A stretch of DNA of 63,799 bases, filler included, from Choristocarpus tenellus KU-1152 (lineage: Eukaryota > Protista > Phaeophyceae): the NCBI GenBank assembly GCA_964200185.2. It is 9 parts of 9 records of this genome, joined end to end, with 100 filler letters (N's around TTAATTAATTAA, not from the genome) between each part and the next. Parts side by side here need not be neighbours in the genome. Positions count along the whole stretch, not along the records: positions 46,668 to 60,387 come from CAXNAD020001398.1; positions 60,488 to 63,799 come from CAXNAD020020879.1; 7 more parts are not named here. One strand, written 5' to 3'. Made by a program: the position numbers and the translations under genes. The first letter of the stretch is position 1. Each line of letters starts with the position of its first letter. The notes under the pieces were generated by a model. That model did not search any database and was not told where the DNA came from. It saw only the letters and a program-made list of their open reading frames with translations. This document shows positions 51,401-63,799 of the stretch, in pieces.

Positions 51401-54400
51401 ACAAAAAGTCACTGATCCACTGATGGTCGTGGTCACTATTTCCTCTCTTTGGCTTGCCGTCTCCACAAAAATTCTCTACTGTCTCATATCACTCTGTACT
51501 TCAGATAGAAGTTGTGACTAAAGTGGAAAAGGAAGGGTTAGGGTTATGTTTTGAAAAACATATTGTTCAGAAGTCATGTCAACAAGTTAGATTGTACCTG
51601 ACGAACAGAGTTCTTGAGGTCACCTATTGCCTCTTCCATGCACTCCTCTAGCTTTCGGGGCATGGTCACCTGCTTATTTATAGTGTGGTTTTAGAATTAG
51701 CAGAGCAGCTTAGTACTTTTTGTCTAGACTAATCATGGAGGAAGGTCAATGCCAGGGAACATTGCAGGGAGCACTTTGGCTTGATTTGCAAATTTCCATT
51801 CAATAGAAACAAAGCACTCTCACCAAACTCTCCGCCAAGGACAGAGCTCAACAAATATCAATTTTGTGCTTTAGGTATGATCATCTACCATCACATCTTG
51901 CTTCTTTGTTTCCGACACTAAAGGGTTAGGGTTAGGGTTAGGGACACTAAAGGCGACACTAAAGGTGGCACTAAAGGCCCCTTTCTGCCCAAGTTGATGT
52001 CAACTCCCTTCTAATCACCGCTATGTCTCAATAACTAGTCCATCACACCAAAGCTCCTCTCTCTGGAATATAGTCGCATTCTCCTGGGCTAGGGTTAGGA
52101 TTAGGGCAAGTTTTGGACACTCCTCAACTAGATCCACCATGGGAAAGAAAAGAGGGAAAAAATGCACACTAGGGTTAGGGTTAGTATATGCTATGATGTC
52201 CTTTTTTTCCCAACAAGAGGAATAGAATATGAAGGCTTCTTCTTTTTTACTTCTACATCCTCTGAGCACTTCATTCTGGGTAACTTGCAAGAAATCCCTT
52301 CTAAAGACGTTTTTTTCTTTCAATAAGCAACAAAGGCGAGCAAAGCCCTAACCCTACCTCAATGTCCCTCATACGCTTCTCCAGAGCCTCCGCAATACCA
52401 ATTTCTTTGTCTCGCCGTCCCTCCTCAAGTTGCATTGTCCACTGGAGTTGTTGCTGCAATAGGGCCATCAGTGTTTCCATCTGCCTGGAATTGGCCTCCT
52501 TCTCAGTGGACTGTTTTTCTTGTCCACTCTCTTTCTGACCAGTAGTTGTTGCTTGATTAGGCTGGACACAATGTGCCTAGAGGAGGCATGGATATATATA
52601 TACATCGAGATTGAGTCTGAGTTTAAGTGCTTTTAGTCCCACAAATGACTTTTTGAGCAATCAGCAACATTCCAATTACTCAGAGTCAGGGATACCCTAA
52701 CCCTAACAAACGGTAACTGTGTGAGGATGAAGTGGAGGCTGGAACGGTGTTATTGGTTCCATGTTTCTGTATTGAGCTCTTGAATGAAAACTGTATTGCA
52801 ACATTTCTGTTCAGTAGTGCTTCTTGGAGTCACAAAGGATATTTACGACTTCGCAGTACTTAGAGTTAGGGATATGATTGGGTTATGATTATGGTTAGGG
52901 TTGGGTCTTCTTTTCTTAGGGTTAGGATTAGATGACTCTCACCTCTATATCCAAGACCACGAGTTGACTCCCTGTTGCCACCTCGCACTCTGCCAAAGTC
53001 TGATCATTGTGCAGGATCATTCCCCTTGCAAGAGTTTACAACATACAAGAGAAGAGACACAATGAAGGGTGCAAGGACCCCAAGGACATTTTATAAGCAG
53101 TTCAAACTCAATTCTTTGAGGTAGGATTAACTCCTGGTGAAAGAACTACAACTTATATTACTTGGAGGTTTCTTCCCCCATTACCCTAACCCTATTCTAT
53201 TATTGCACTCTCTGAAAATGTGGGCTGATTACAGTTTCACCTGTAAACAATTCGCTTTGGTTCTTCAGCAAATGCAAACCCTGCAGTGGAATTAATGCAA
53301 CTTCGAAGCTGAGAGACAGTCACTTCACTCTGAATGACAATGTCAAGACACTGGCCAGAAGATGCCTGCAGATCATTGAAGGAAATTGTGAAGAACATTC
53401 TTGGAAAAGGTGGAGGGGCTTGAGAATATTTCAGTTGTGAAGATATCAGCAACACTGTCAGTGTCAACTGAACACCTATCTCCAGGAGCAGCACACCACG
53501 AATTTCAGGAGAATAAACCCTAACAAAAATAATTATGTATATCATCTCACTCTAAGGACAAACTTAAAGGAAGCATGGAGTAGGTGTGGAGACGAAGGAA
53601 GCATATTTTAGGGCCTCTGCACTGATGGCAGGGTTAAGTCATAAGCTTGGTTGGTACAAATGGTATTTTCCTCAGAGTTCACATCTCTGATATAAAACCA
53701 TGAATATCTTCAAGATCACTACACATGTTCATACTCCCAGTAGGACAGGGCAGATTAAACCCTAAAACACAAAGTACTTTGGCATGCATAGGATTACAAA
53801 AGATAACATGCTGCAAAACTTTATTCCAGTTGCAACAAAAAGCCATACCTGAATGAACAGTCTCAACTTCGATGGGGATGATGTCTCCTCCTGCTTCACC
53901 TCCACTGCAGGATCTTCTACCCCTTCTTCTACCTCTTCAACCTCCCTGCATTTTTGCGGTTCAATGGCATTGACTTCGACACACATTTCCAAGGAAATTT
54001 CCATTCATGATGACAAGCATTTCTGCCAAATACGGAATAAATGATAGCGAACTAAGCCAAATTGAACTGGTTACATTTCAAGGAAGAATTTTCATTGGTC
54101 ATTCCATAGAGTTGGATAACTTGGGCACTTCTGGTTGATATTTTTCCAATGAGGATAAAGAACTGACTATTGAGAGACTATTGAGAGACGCATCATTTTG
54201 TATCCTTCCCATCTTAGTCACCTCTTTTTCGCACAATAGATAAATGCCTACAATCATCCCCTCTCAGGATCAGGCTCAAGGCAACAGTTGAGTGCCTGGG
54301 TTAGGATCAGCCAGGTAGGGCTTGTACTACCAGAGTGCGTGTTCATGTGGCTGTTTTGAAGCTTACTACATACTGGACTATGAACTAAAGAAGAATTCCT

Positions 54401-56341
54401 CTCTCCCTCATGGACTACCTTCTGGATGACAGAATTGACTATATTGCAAAAAAAGAAATATATATCTTGATCAATGCATGCTACCTCTATCAATAAGATA
54501 TATATCTTGATCAATGCATGCTACCTCTACCAATAAGATATATATCTTGATCAATGCATGCTACCTCTACCAAAAATTTCTAGACACTGACTTTGTGTAG
54601 CCACCGCTCTCTCTCTCACAGGACACACCTATCCCTGATAGCACAGGCATGTTTCCTGACAATGTGCTGTTGTAGAAACTCTGCTGATGTGAATATTTTG
54701 CCGCATGTGAGGCAGGGCTGATGATCTCTCTTTAGATCTGAACCTTCTCCCTCTCGCCTTGGTGGTGGCAGTGCAAGCAGCTGCTCATATCTGTCGGCAA
54801 GTGTTTAAAAATGGCTGCTAAATGTCACAGCTTGTTCCCTGTAGTAGTCTACACTTGACATGCTACATACTTTGCAGTGTATTGAGCTGCGTAAAAAGGT
54901 TTGTTGAAGAAATTGTGATCAGATCGAGTCATGAACTGTATTACCTTCGAATAGTAGCCCTCTTCTGTCGGACTTCTCTTTTCAGCATACGAACCTGGGA
55001 ATACCACATTGCGGTCAGATGTCTTGGGTATATGATAACGAACAAATTTTGACCAACTTCAACCAGCATTGAATAATACTTGCATGTTCGTGGGAAAGAT
55101 TTGCACACAGAAGATAACTCTAACATGTTTTTAAGTCTTCATTCTAACCAAGGTGTCCTCCCATTCAAGTTATTAAGGAACATACACTTTTAAAATTGTT
55201 TGTTCACTCTTCCCTCAACCAAGATACTGCACCTGATCTAAGCGCATTTGATGCTCTGCTCTCCCTTTGTCGACTTCTTGTCGGAGGCAGTTATACTTAG
55301 TTGCAAGAGCCTGTCCTCCAGGAGATAGGATAGGTTAGCATGAAATGCCCAAGCGGTATTTTTGGTTTGACAATTATGTAACATAATTTAGGCCTGTTGA
55401 CTTACATAGGAGAGCAAAGGTCTCAGCCAAGGTTCTTGGCGGAAGTAGATTTGCAGTGGGGGTATCAGCCGTGGGCAATGGTATGAAGGAGGGACTGGGT
55501 TTAAGAAAATGAAGACCTGCCTCGATGCTAGTTGCCAGTGTGTCCTGTACACTAAGGAGGTACTCCAACAGTAACTGGCTGAGCTGAAAGAGGTTGAGAA
55601 AGCAAGAGTCCGAGCAAAGATGGAGGTCATCCTCCGTCACGTTCGAAAATACAATGTTCTCCAGATGCACCTGAGAAAGGCGTTTGCGAGACCTCCTCGT
55701 GTGATTAGGGAGTTTAGACACGCCGAGAGGAGGATCGTACGAAGACATTGCGAGCCACCGAAGCATAGCAATGTTTAACCAACTCTGCCCTAGGAGTGGG
55801 AGAGTATATTCTATAAGAGGTCTGAAATCGACGTTCGCAAAAATGAGAATTGGCGAGAATTATTTCCTCTGATCGGCGACAACTACGAGCTCTGTATTTT
55901 ATGTTCCTTACCTGCAGCGTGTCGATGTCCACCTCCTGAATAACTCTCTCAACGTCTACCCGCCCGATCCTTCGAATGTCGAGCCTGGCTGTTCGGTGCT
56001 GGAAGTAGAATGCCTTCCGCTTGAGAATCCCATCCACAAGCTGAACAGCATCTTCAACCTTGTGCTGCCAAAAATATTTTATATGGAAGTGAAGTCACGA
56101 TTCCCTGCATCACTATCTGGTCGTGACAAATCTCAGCAATAGGGGCGAGGGTAGTGAGGACCTAGATGGAAGTGGCTCCCACATGACAAATCTTTGCCTT
56201 GTGTGATAACCCTCTGGAATTGTTGCACCGAGACGAAGCCCCCTCTCACTCACCCCCACTCACCTCGGCTATACCCAAGGCACCTTCTTGCTCTTTTCTA
56301 GTGGAAACAAAAGCTGACTTCAGCTTCGTAAGGTTATCCAT
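48500..56341 (-). CDS. DZIP1: DZIP1/Iguana-like ciliary protein: Dzip-like N domain, coiled coil, C2H2 zinc finger, ubiquitin-like domain, coiled coil; 3' end uncertain
   Basis: Exons 56341-56264, 56064-55912 (FYFQHRTARLDIRRIGRVDVERVIQEVDIDTLQ), ~55670-55517 (HLENIVFSNV...LFQLSQLLLEYLLSVQ), CLTCGKIFTSAEFLQQHIVRKH at ~54645-54715, UBL exons ~53870-52943, further exons ~52577-52357, ~51670-51598, ~51341-51218, and one ending near 48500. Confidence 0.85.
48892..48966. repeat. 25-bp tandem repeat x3
   Basis: CTCATTCTCCATAGCTAACTACTGT. Confidence 0.9.
49570..49898 (+). mobile_element. MITE family C with an internal tandem duplication
   Basis: GAGCTGAAGTAAACGAGGGGTACCCAG ... CTGGGTATCTCTC. Confidence 0.7.
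50496..50681. repeat. 35-bp minisatellite, about 5 copies
   Basis: CATCACATGGTTATGTACTAATTGTTTTGTCATGA. Confidence 0.9.
54458..54572. repeat. 40-bp tandem repeat, about 3 copies
   Basis: ATATATCTTGATCAATGCATGCTACCTCTACCAATAAGAT. Confidence 0.9.
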
Positions 56342-56704
56342 GACTTCGAAGCTGAGTTGGTTGGGGTTTCGTGGATTGTGAATCGATTGGATCCTGGTGT
56401 GATGACGTACAAATATAATGATACGGTTAATATACCGTATTGGAAATATATGTGAGATAAGTGTTTTCAACAAACACCAATAGAAAATACTAGTTTTCCC
56501 TCATGATAACTCTCAAAGAGGGACAAGCAACGGTGACGCAAGGAAAGATTCACCTTCTACATTCTGAAGTTTCGCCACTACTTCCCATCGATTCTACTGT
56601 GGGAACACGTATCTTGGTGCGTGTCGTCCTGGAGGACGACAACGGGCTGCATAGTGTAGATCGTCGAAAGATCGAAGGAAGAATCATCAGAAGTCCACAA
56701 CAAT

Positions 56705-57366
56705 ATGGACGATAGTAACAGCAACAAAGCTACACCCGACAGGTGGGTGCATTTATAGCCGGGAGGCATGTCTCCTCTTTGGTCAGCTTCTTTTTAATGT
56801 TTCTGGAAGGAAAGGTAGGACAAGGTTAGTAAAAAGGTTGCCCTCAATAAAACACAAGTTGCCCTTCCCCACAAGCCTTCACTACTTGGCACAAGTAAAA
56901 ATCCATCACACCTATGTACTGCAGCTCACCCGAGCATGTCCCACTCGAACTTTGCCTATGAAAAGTACGCAGCGTGAATCTTTAATCCCAAGTCTCATGC
57001 CCGTCCTTTCTTTATTTCATTGTTAGAGGGGTGACCTCTTCCCTACTATCTCCAAAAAGGGCCAAGCGTCGACTGTCTTCAGACCGCGCCTTCGGCGATC
57101 AAGAGCGGTAGGAGAGAATCAGGAGTGCACATGTTTTAGTTATATTATGTGGGACTGATAGCAGCTTGGGTGGTCTTGAGATAACTCCCCGTGATGGTTT
57201 GCATATACTCTGTATGCTATACATTTTCTTCCACCTGAATGTCTATTCCGTTGACTTGGGTCCACTTTCTGCACTGTCCAGACTTACTTCTGACGGGGAG
57301 TGCAGGCATGTCACCGAAACCTCGAATGCAATTGGAGGACGAGATACGTCGGAAGCAGTAATTGAG
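56705..57366 (+). CDS. 5' exons of an unknown gene divergent from DZIP1-like
   Basis: Three phase-consistent GT-AG exons 56705-56742, 57027-57107, 57282-57366 (MDDSNSNKATPDRGVTSSLLSPKRAKRRLSS...). Downstream exons unresolved. Confidence 0.45.
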
Positions 57367-58447
57367 GTACTGAAATATACTCTGCGCATCCAGCGATCAA
57401 CGATGTTAAGTTATTTGAAGAAATAACCTACTTCAGTCTGCATTTCTATGAATATAATATTACAACTTGCTACCTGTGAAAATTATGCCTCACATAGAAG
57501 TATCTATAGAGCCAACTCGTAAGCACCAAGTTTGGCCTTTTGTTCACAATTTTGAATCCTGCTGCAGTCAGCATGGCGAATTGACCTCTCCCCCTCCTCG
57601 AGTCTACAGCTGGTTGCGATTACCGCCTTTCTTGCCATTCATTCTCTTTGCACTGAAGTATTCTGGAGTAGCTGACAATACCTATGTGAGCTGAGATGAG
57701 CTCAAATTGTTAGTGCAGAGCATCACAGGTCGGCCCGTCGACCCAATCCCAGTTTATGAAGTTCCACATTTCCTCCTTCGTTTTTCCTACCACTGCTACA
57801 ACTTACCATTGAACACAACCTACTTTTCAGCTGCTACATGTGTGCACCCTGCTGCAAGTGGACTTGAACAAAATACCATGAGGTTGTGGTTGCTGCTTAT
57901 GATTGTCATCACTGGAACTCGAGGAACTGGCGACAAACAATGCCGTATTGGAGTTCGCTGGATGTCAAGTTTGAACATTTTGCTCTGTATTGGTTGGCTG
58001 ATGCAAAATTCAAAAAACGCACCTTCTGTTATTAAAGGGGAGACTTGTACGCAAGGAGAGCTATCCCTACTGCTGTTGTCGTATTTGCACAGAATAGGTT
58101 CTACAACAACTAGAAATCGTATCAGAGTTGGCAGAGTGTATTGATCCCACCACAGCATCGCTGTCAAGTATCAAGGAATCTTTAGCCCAAGAAAAACGCT
58201 GCGTTGGTTCGTAAGTTGATCTTTATTCAGTCATGGTTACGGAACTTCATTTGACTGTTTTGTCCAAAGAAAGGAGGTCAAGCACTGCGAGGGTCGAGAA
58301 TTCGTTATTTTGTCGCATCCAGAGTGCAGTGTTGGAGTGGCTACTCTCAAGTATACATAAGATAGAATTTCCTCATGAGCATAGCATTTACGAAACAGGT
58401 GACAAAAGGCACATGAAGTTACTGGAGCAGTAACAGTGTGCCAAACT

Positions 58448-58700
58448 GAGTAAACCAACGGAGAGGTAGGCAGGGTTGCATTTAAAAGAATCCCGAGAAA
58501 GGGCAAAAATATATATTTTTGTACAATTGTAGAGAGAGCCTTCGGTGAATTGTTTTGTCACTTTGTATGTGAAAAGGGGGAGTATCGATTTTGCCTGCGC
58601 TATTGTGCGCATGAAAGCAATGAAACAGTGTTTTGCATAGGGTAAGAAGATGACTTGGAATGCCAAAGGATCCAAACCTGCCTACATCTCGGTTTGGCTC
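58448..58700 (+). mobile_element. MITE family D (~250 bp)
   Basis: GAGTAAACCAACGGAGAGGTAGGCAGG ... CCTGCCTACATCTCGGTTTGGCTC. Confidence 0.8.
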
Positions 58701-59494
58701 AATATCAGTCATATTTTTTACGAAATGTTTGCAATACTTAGGGCTATTGTACTCCTGAGAGGTAACTTACTATTCACCGAAACCTCAGGATTATTTCCTG
58801 GGGTTTTCCACTGTGCCGTAAGATGTCATGTTCTGAAATAATCTCTCCACTGCAAACAAGTTTCTTAGAACCTGTGTACCCTGCCTTACGAATAAACGGA
58901 TATTATTCTTACATCTGTATGAGAGTGTGAAACCCGAATATTGAGTCATATATTGTAGGAGCCAATTGTCAAACAATATCAAGCACATAGGGTAACGTAA
59001 TACTCGAATTATCTGCGACAGCAGGTAATTCCACACTCTTGCCTTAACGTTGTTCTGCGAAACAATGCTGATAGGATAAGGTGCAGCTCACATAGTGATG
59101 CCAAACTCAAAGTACTGAGTATACCTCATCATAGAGCTCTAAACATGTTGAATTGACTCGAGGATAATGTCGGCAAAGAATACACTTGACCGTCATAATG
59201 CTCCAATGGGGAGTAGTATGATATGCACGTATTTTTTCCCAGCTTCTGACGGGTGTTCATCATGGTGACATTGCATTCATGCCCCACGAGCTTCGAAGCA
59301 TACAGTAGCCAAACATTTGTCCTGCTACACTCCAAATATCCCACCCCTGAAAATTTTGAACAGTCAGAAGAACACATTATAATGCCCAGATATCCTATGG
59401 AAAATACTTCTGTGTCGTGTGTGATGCCTATACCAAGTTCATGAAACAAACTACTTCGTAGAATATACTAGTAGCGCTGGATTAGACATCTGAA

Positions 59495-59669
59495 GACTCA
59501 CTGGGGGGGGGTGGCTGCTGTCCATTTGCGGACCATTTTTCCATTTCACAATTCTTGGTGATTTGGTTGCATGTGTCGGATGGATAATGTAAGTGCACCT
59601 TTCCTGATCAGGTCCCAAAATGGTCACCCTGTTGTAGACCCCTCCCCCCCCCTCCAGATACCTTGAGCC
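59495..59669 (-). mobile_element. MITE family B
   Basis: Reverse-oriented copy. TSD GAA. Confidence 0.85.
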
Positions 59670-60387
59670 GAAGCTGGATGTGTGGATATTGGTGAAGGAA
59701 ACGATTAGTTTGATTGCCCCTTCACATGCATTCAATACTTTCGTAGTTCGAAGTACTATTTTTGTAGAGCGTGATGGCTGGGTTCCAGCACCATCAAAGA
59801 TTGCCAACTTAATTTGACCGTGTCAATTGCTGTCTGTGGACCATGCGCAAGCTCCTGCCGATCCACGTGGCGGCGACCACATATATTAAGACTTGAAAAA
59901 TTGAAGCTTCAATGGAAGCATTTGACTCCCCAGTATAATTCTGGAGTTCAGTACAACGGGTCCACGCTGAAATTTCGGCAGGAGCCTATCTTGTACATCA
60001 TTAAGCATTTGGAACGGGTTCCTAGCGGAAGACACCAGTGATAATAGCTAAAGCAGCAATCTAATTGAGATATGGTTTGTCTTTGCATTATGCCAGCACA
60101 TGTCAAAATATGAATCTTTGCAGTACATCAACCTTTAGGTTTACCGCTTCATATAGAGCATAGTCATACTTGAACTTGTGGATTTCGGTTCTCTACAGTA
60201 ATTCTATTGCGCTTAGCGCATGATTCTCTGCGTTTCATTGTGCTGTTGGGGAAGAAACCAGTTCTACAACGTGAGTTTAAACCCAGGCACTGCTGTAGGG
60301 TTCTACTGGAGAGTGGGGGTCAAGGGTTACGAGTTCTGTACAAGGGTCAAAGTATCTAGGGGGGGGATGCCGGCGTCCGTTTTTCAC

Positions 60388-60487
60388 NNNNNNNNNNNNN
60401 NNNNNNNNNNNNNNNNNNNNNNNNNNNNNNNTTAATTAATTAANNNNNNNNNNNNNNNNNNNNNNNNNNNNNNNNNNNNNNNNNNNN
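60388..60487. other. Artificial contig linker
   Basis: N44-TTAATTAATTAA-N44. Confidence 0.98.
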
Positions 60488-61528
60488 GGTCAAGCCGATC
60501 CTCAATTAAAAGCTCCATCCTCAATTTTTGAAATCGGCTGTTATTAGTGTTTCGAAAGCATGGAAATCCAGTAAACCAACATAAACACCACTTTCCACTA
60601 TGGCAACTCATTAGCACAAATATGAAATATAGCAGTAGCAAGCCTTCCTTAATGACACAAAATGCTGTCATTCTACAAAATTCCATCTTGGTACCTATCA
60701 TTTACCTTTTTCACTAAGATAACATCAACAAACTGTTTAGGAAAGTTACAGTAGGAGAAGTTCCACAAAATGTTTAGAAATAGATCTAGTGATGTCTAAA
60801 CCAGGTATAACCTTTTTCAATATCAACAGTAAAGGTTGTGCAACTTTAGAGGGTCTATATTTCCAGAACCTGTAAAACCAACAGATATATTCAAAGTATA
60901 ATCAGGAAAGTAGAAGTCGCATTGCACTGCCAACACTACAGTTTCGCCTTGTATGAGATGCTAGTGTTTCTTATAGAGAATATCTTCATATCAAGAACAT
61001 GCAATTTCCTAAGGTAGAAATTTCGGGGATCAAAAGTTTGGAGGGTAGAAAGAGAATTGACTAACTCTCCGTTTAATCAATATAATTTCAACAGTGCATC
61101 ATGCCAAATACCATTAAAAAATTTACCACAAACTCTCCTCAATTTTCCCAAAATCTTAGCTCTCTATACGATTTGGAAATCCATATTCTGATATATTCCA
61201 ATTTGACAGTAGGATCAATAATTAAATTAAATTAAAGTCATCTTATTAGTCATTGTAGAATCCTTAATGGACACGTGGTCGGTAATAAATATATGTAAAT
61301 GTACAATAATCAATAAATACAAATACATGATGTTTGATTGAAGGGTAGGCTCTCTTTCATAACCCTAACCGAAAAGATATATAGAATCTTCCAAGACATA
61401 TATTAACCCTAACCCTAACCCTATATATATATATATCTTACGCTGAAGAGTAGTTTATCCTAAGGACAAGTTAGAAATCAAAACAAAATTCACCATATAC
61501 AGTAACCATAACAAAAACTGTTACATAC

Positions 61529-63389
61529 CTTCAGATACTCAGTGACAGCAGCATCTTCTGCCTCACCCTCCCAGTTTCCCTCCTTCCAGATACCTTTCCA
61601 TCTTCCAACAGCATCCTCCCAATGCAAATACGACACAACATCGTTTGACCTTCACCCTTGGCATGTGACACCTCACCCGGCTTGAGTGCTGCCATCAAGG
61701 GATCTAACCCATCACGAGGGCAACCATCAGAGCAGATGCCCTTGCCCATGCCATTGGGATAACCTGACCTACAGTAAGAAGCAAGCGAATTCCATCGGAG
61801 CCAGGTTTTTCTTCCAGCATCACAAGCTCCACGATCTTCTCTCGAGCAGCATCCATCCTGTCTCCTCCTGTCAAACAGGATACTGCCATCACTCCTAAGA
61901 TGTGAAGATCTGCAGGTGGTTGAACCTCCTTCATTTTATCTATACCCATCTCCCCCTGCCACTTAGAAAAGATCTTTTCCATCTCTTCACGCTTGACTTC
62001 CAAGTGTTCACCAATCAAACAATCAAGCTTCTTTAACGCAGATGCAACGTTATCATCACCCTTCATACGGTCGATATGCGTCCCAACGACCAAAACAGAG
62101 GAACCAGGCACCCTGCACAGCAGCAGATCAAGCCAGCTGTAGACGAGTTTACCTCTGTCTGACTCTTCATGATAGAACTTGTTGAGATCAACGACAAGAA
62201 GGTGCAATGCGCCCGTAGAAAGGAAAAACGGACGCATGGAGTCGTACTCCTTGTGTGCAACAAAGTCCCACAAGATCAACTCTAGCGGATCGTCACGTTT
62301 CGGCTTCCAGGAGTCAATATCCACGCCACGAGTGCGATCTTCGAGGGTGGTCAAATAGGGCTGTCCAGCTAACAAACTCCGGGCAAGGCTAGTCTTGCCT
62401 GCCAAAACCTCGCCAACCAGAACCACCTTCAGTCTGTAGGACTTGGTCGACCCAGAAAGTTCAAGAGCCTCATGATATCGAATAATTGCCTCCAAATCAC
62501 CCTCCACAACCTTTGCTGGAGGACTAACCCATTTGTTGCCATATAAATAAAGCTGTGTCAAATGCATGCATGATCTAAGCCGTAGTGCTGCCTCCTTCGA
62601 GAAAGCTGATAAGAAAAATCTAAAATATAACCAACACGGAAGGAAGAGATATTAGGGGCTAGATATAGATCATAAAGCAATGATACAAAACAAAGAGTGA
62701 TAAAATAGACTTCCACCACATCAACATCTTCCCAACTTCGTATACTACATAATATATTACTTAACTGCAGAAATATTATCAGTAGTAAGCGTCACTGACA
62801 AAACATGTCCAACATAGAAATTACCGCAAATATCAATCAGGAGTGAATTGACAAAGCATGCAAAACTAAAAACACATCTATTCTTACAATCACAAATTCT
62901 CAATCACCTTCTATCCTCAGACTAACTAAACACCTTCAACCAACCTATCCACAACAACCCCATACACAAACGAGAGCAAAAAGAGGGACCTACCACAAAA
63001 CAAAACACCTCCTCAACTATCCTGCCCTGACTAATAGAACCACAACTAATATGCCTACACTCTTGTCCACTACAAACATCACCTCCAGGTACACAACAAC
63101 CGTCATGCGCACTACATCAATTACTCTCCTGTCAACACATCTAATTGTCACACTAATCCATATCAAACCAACCATCGTCTTGCTCTATTACTGATACGAA
63201 ATTGGATTCAATCATTTCTATATTGCACCAGTTCAACATTCTTAGGGCACACATCAAAAATCTACATTTTCAGCCACACAACCTTTAAATTCAACAAATG
63301 TCCAACTTCACACTTACCACTCAGTTTATTGTGATGCAAATATAGCTCCGTGAGAGCAGAGAGCTTCCCCAGTGACTCCGGGATTGTCC
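61529..63389 (-). pseudogene. ROCO-family LRR-ROC-COR GTPase gene, partial and apparently frameshifted
   Basis: 72-nt phase-1 LRR exon 63389-63318 (GTIPESLGKLSALTELYLHHNKLS). Exon 62605-61529 with KVVLVGEVLAGKTSL, RTRGVDI, WDFVAH and VVGTHID. Two frame changes near 61716 and 61635. Confidence 0.85.
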
Positions 63390-63799
63390 CTGTGAGGAAA
63401 AGAGTTGATTTTCGAAAGCTATTCAGGTTTCACAATACACAAACAACCATTAGTCAAAAGTGGGGTGATAAAGCATGCAAAACTAAAAACACATCTATTC
63501 TTACAATCACAAATTCTCAATCACCTTCTATCCTCAGACTAACAATATATCATCCCCAAGGATAGTTCACTAGAAACTAGGTTACCCGGGCGCAGGAAAT
63601 TTTGCCATAAATTTATATAGGTGATTATGGTGGGTTATAGATCCCGCCAGCCTGCCCTGGGGTTTTTATTTTGGCGGCTGACCTACCCATTGCGAGTACA
63701 CCGAGAGGGGGGCTGCTTGGGTAGACTGGCGGGAAGGGGGGGGGGGGGCAGGGGGGGTAGGGGTAGGCCGGGGGTTGGATTATGAGCGGGAGGGTAGTG

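Larger units (their letters stand above)
46929..53525. repeat. Scattered short interstitial telomere-type (CCCTAA)n/(TTAGGG)n tracts
   Basis: Tracts near 46930, 47335, 48280-48385, 49415-49490, 49897, 51133-51162, 51921, 52090, 52170, 52695, 52895, 53183, in both orientations. Confidence 0.85.

Overview
Eukaryotic, intron-rich DNA, very probably a brown alga (inferred from CCCTAA telomere-type repeats, an LRR-ROC-COR gene with a 72-nt LRR exon, and a GDPH/VWD-like family protein). The window is nine contigs joined by eight artificial 100-bp linkers (44 N + TTAATTAATTAA + 44 N), so adjacency across linkers is unproven. Spliced genes reconstructed by eye: a PH-domain coiled-coil gene head-to-head with a divergent DNAH6-like dynein heavy chain N-terminus, a class 3 lipase, an FN3 + ALK/LTK-type glycine-rich protein, a GDPH/VWD-like protein, and a DZIP1/Iguana-like protein with an internal ubiquitin-like domain. 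Also present are an intronless ankyrin gene, a frameshifted ROCO gene and one tRNA-Pro(AGG). Non-coding DNA is dominated by four related MITE families sharing GAGTCAAA-like termini and variable 3- or 4-bp TSDs. Best novel-looking signals: an intact tRNA-Pro transcription unit inside a hairpin-ended inverted-repeat element, the four-family MITE system, and the DZIP1-UBL fusion.
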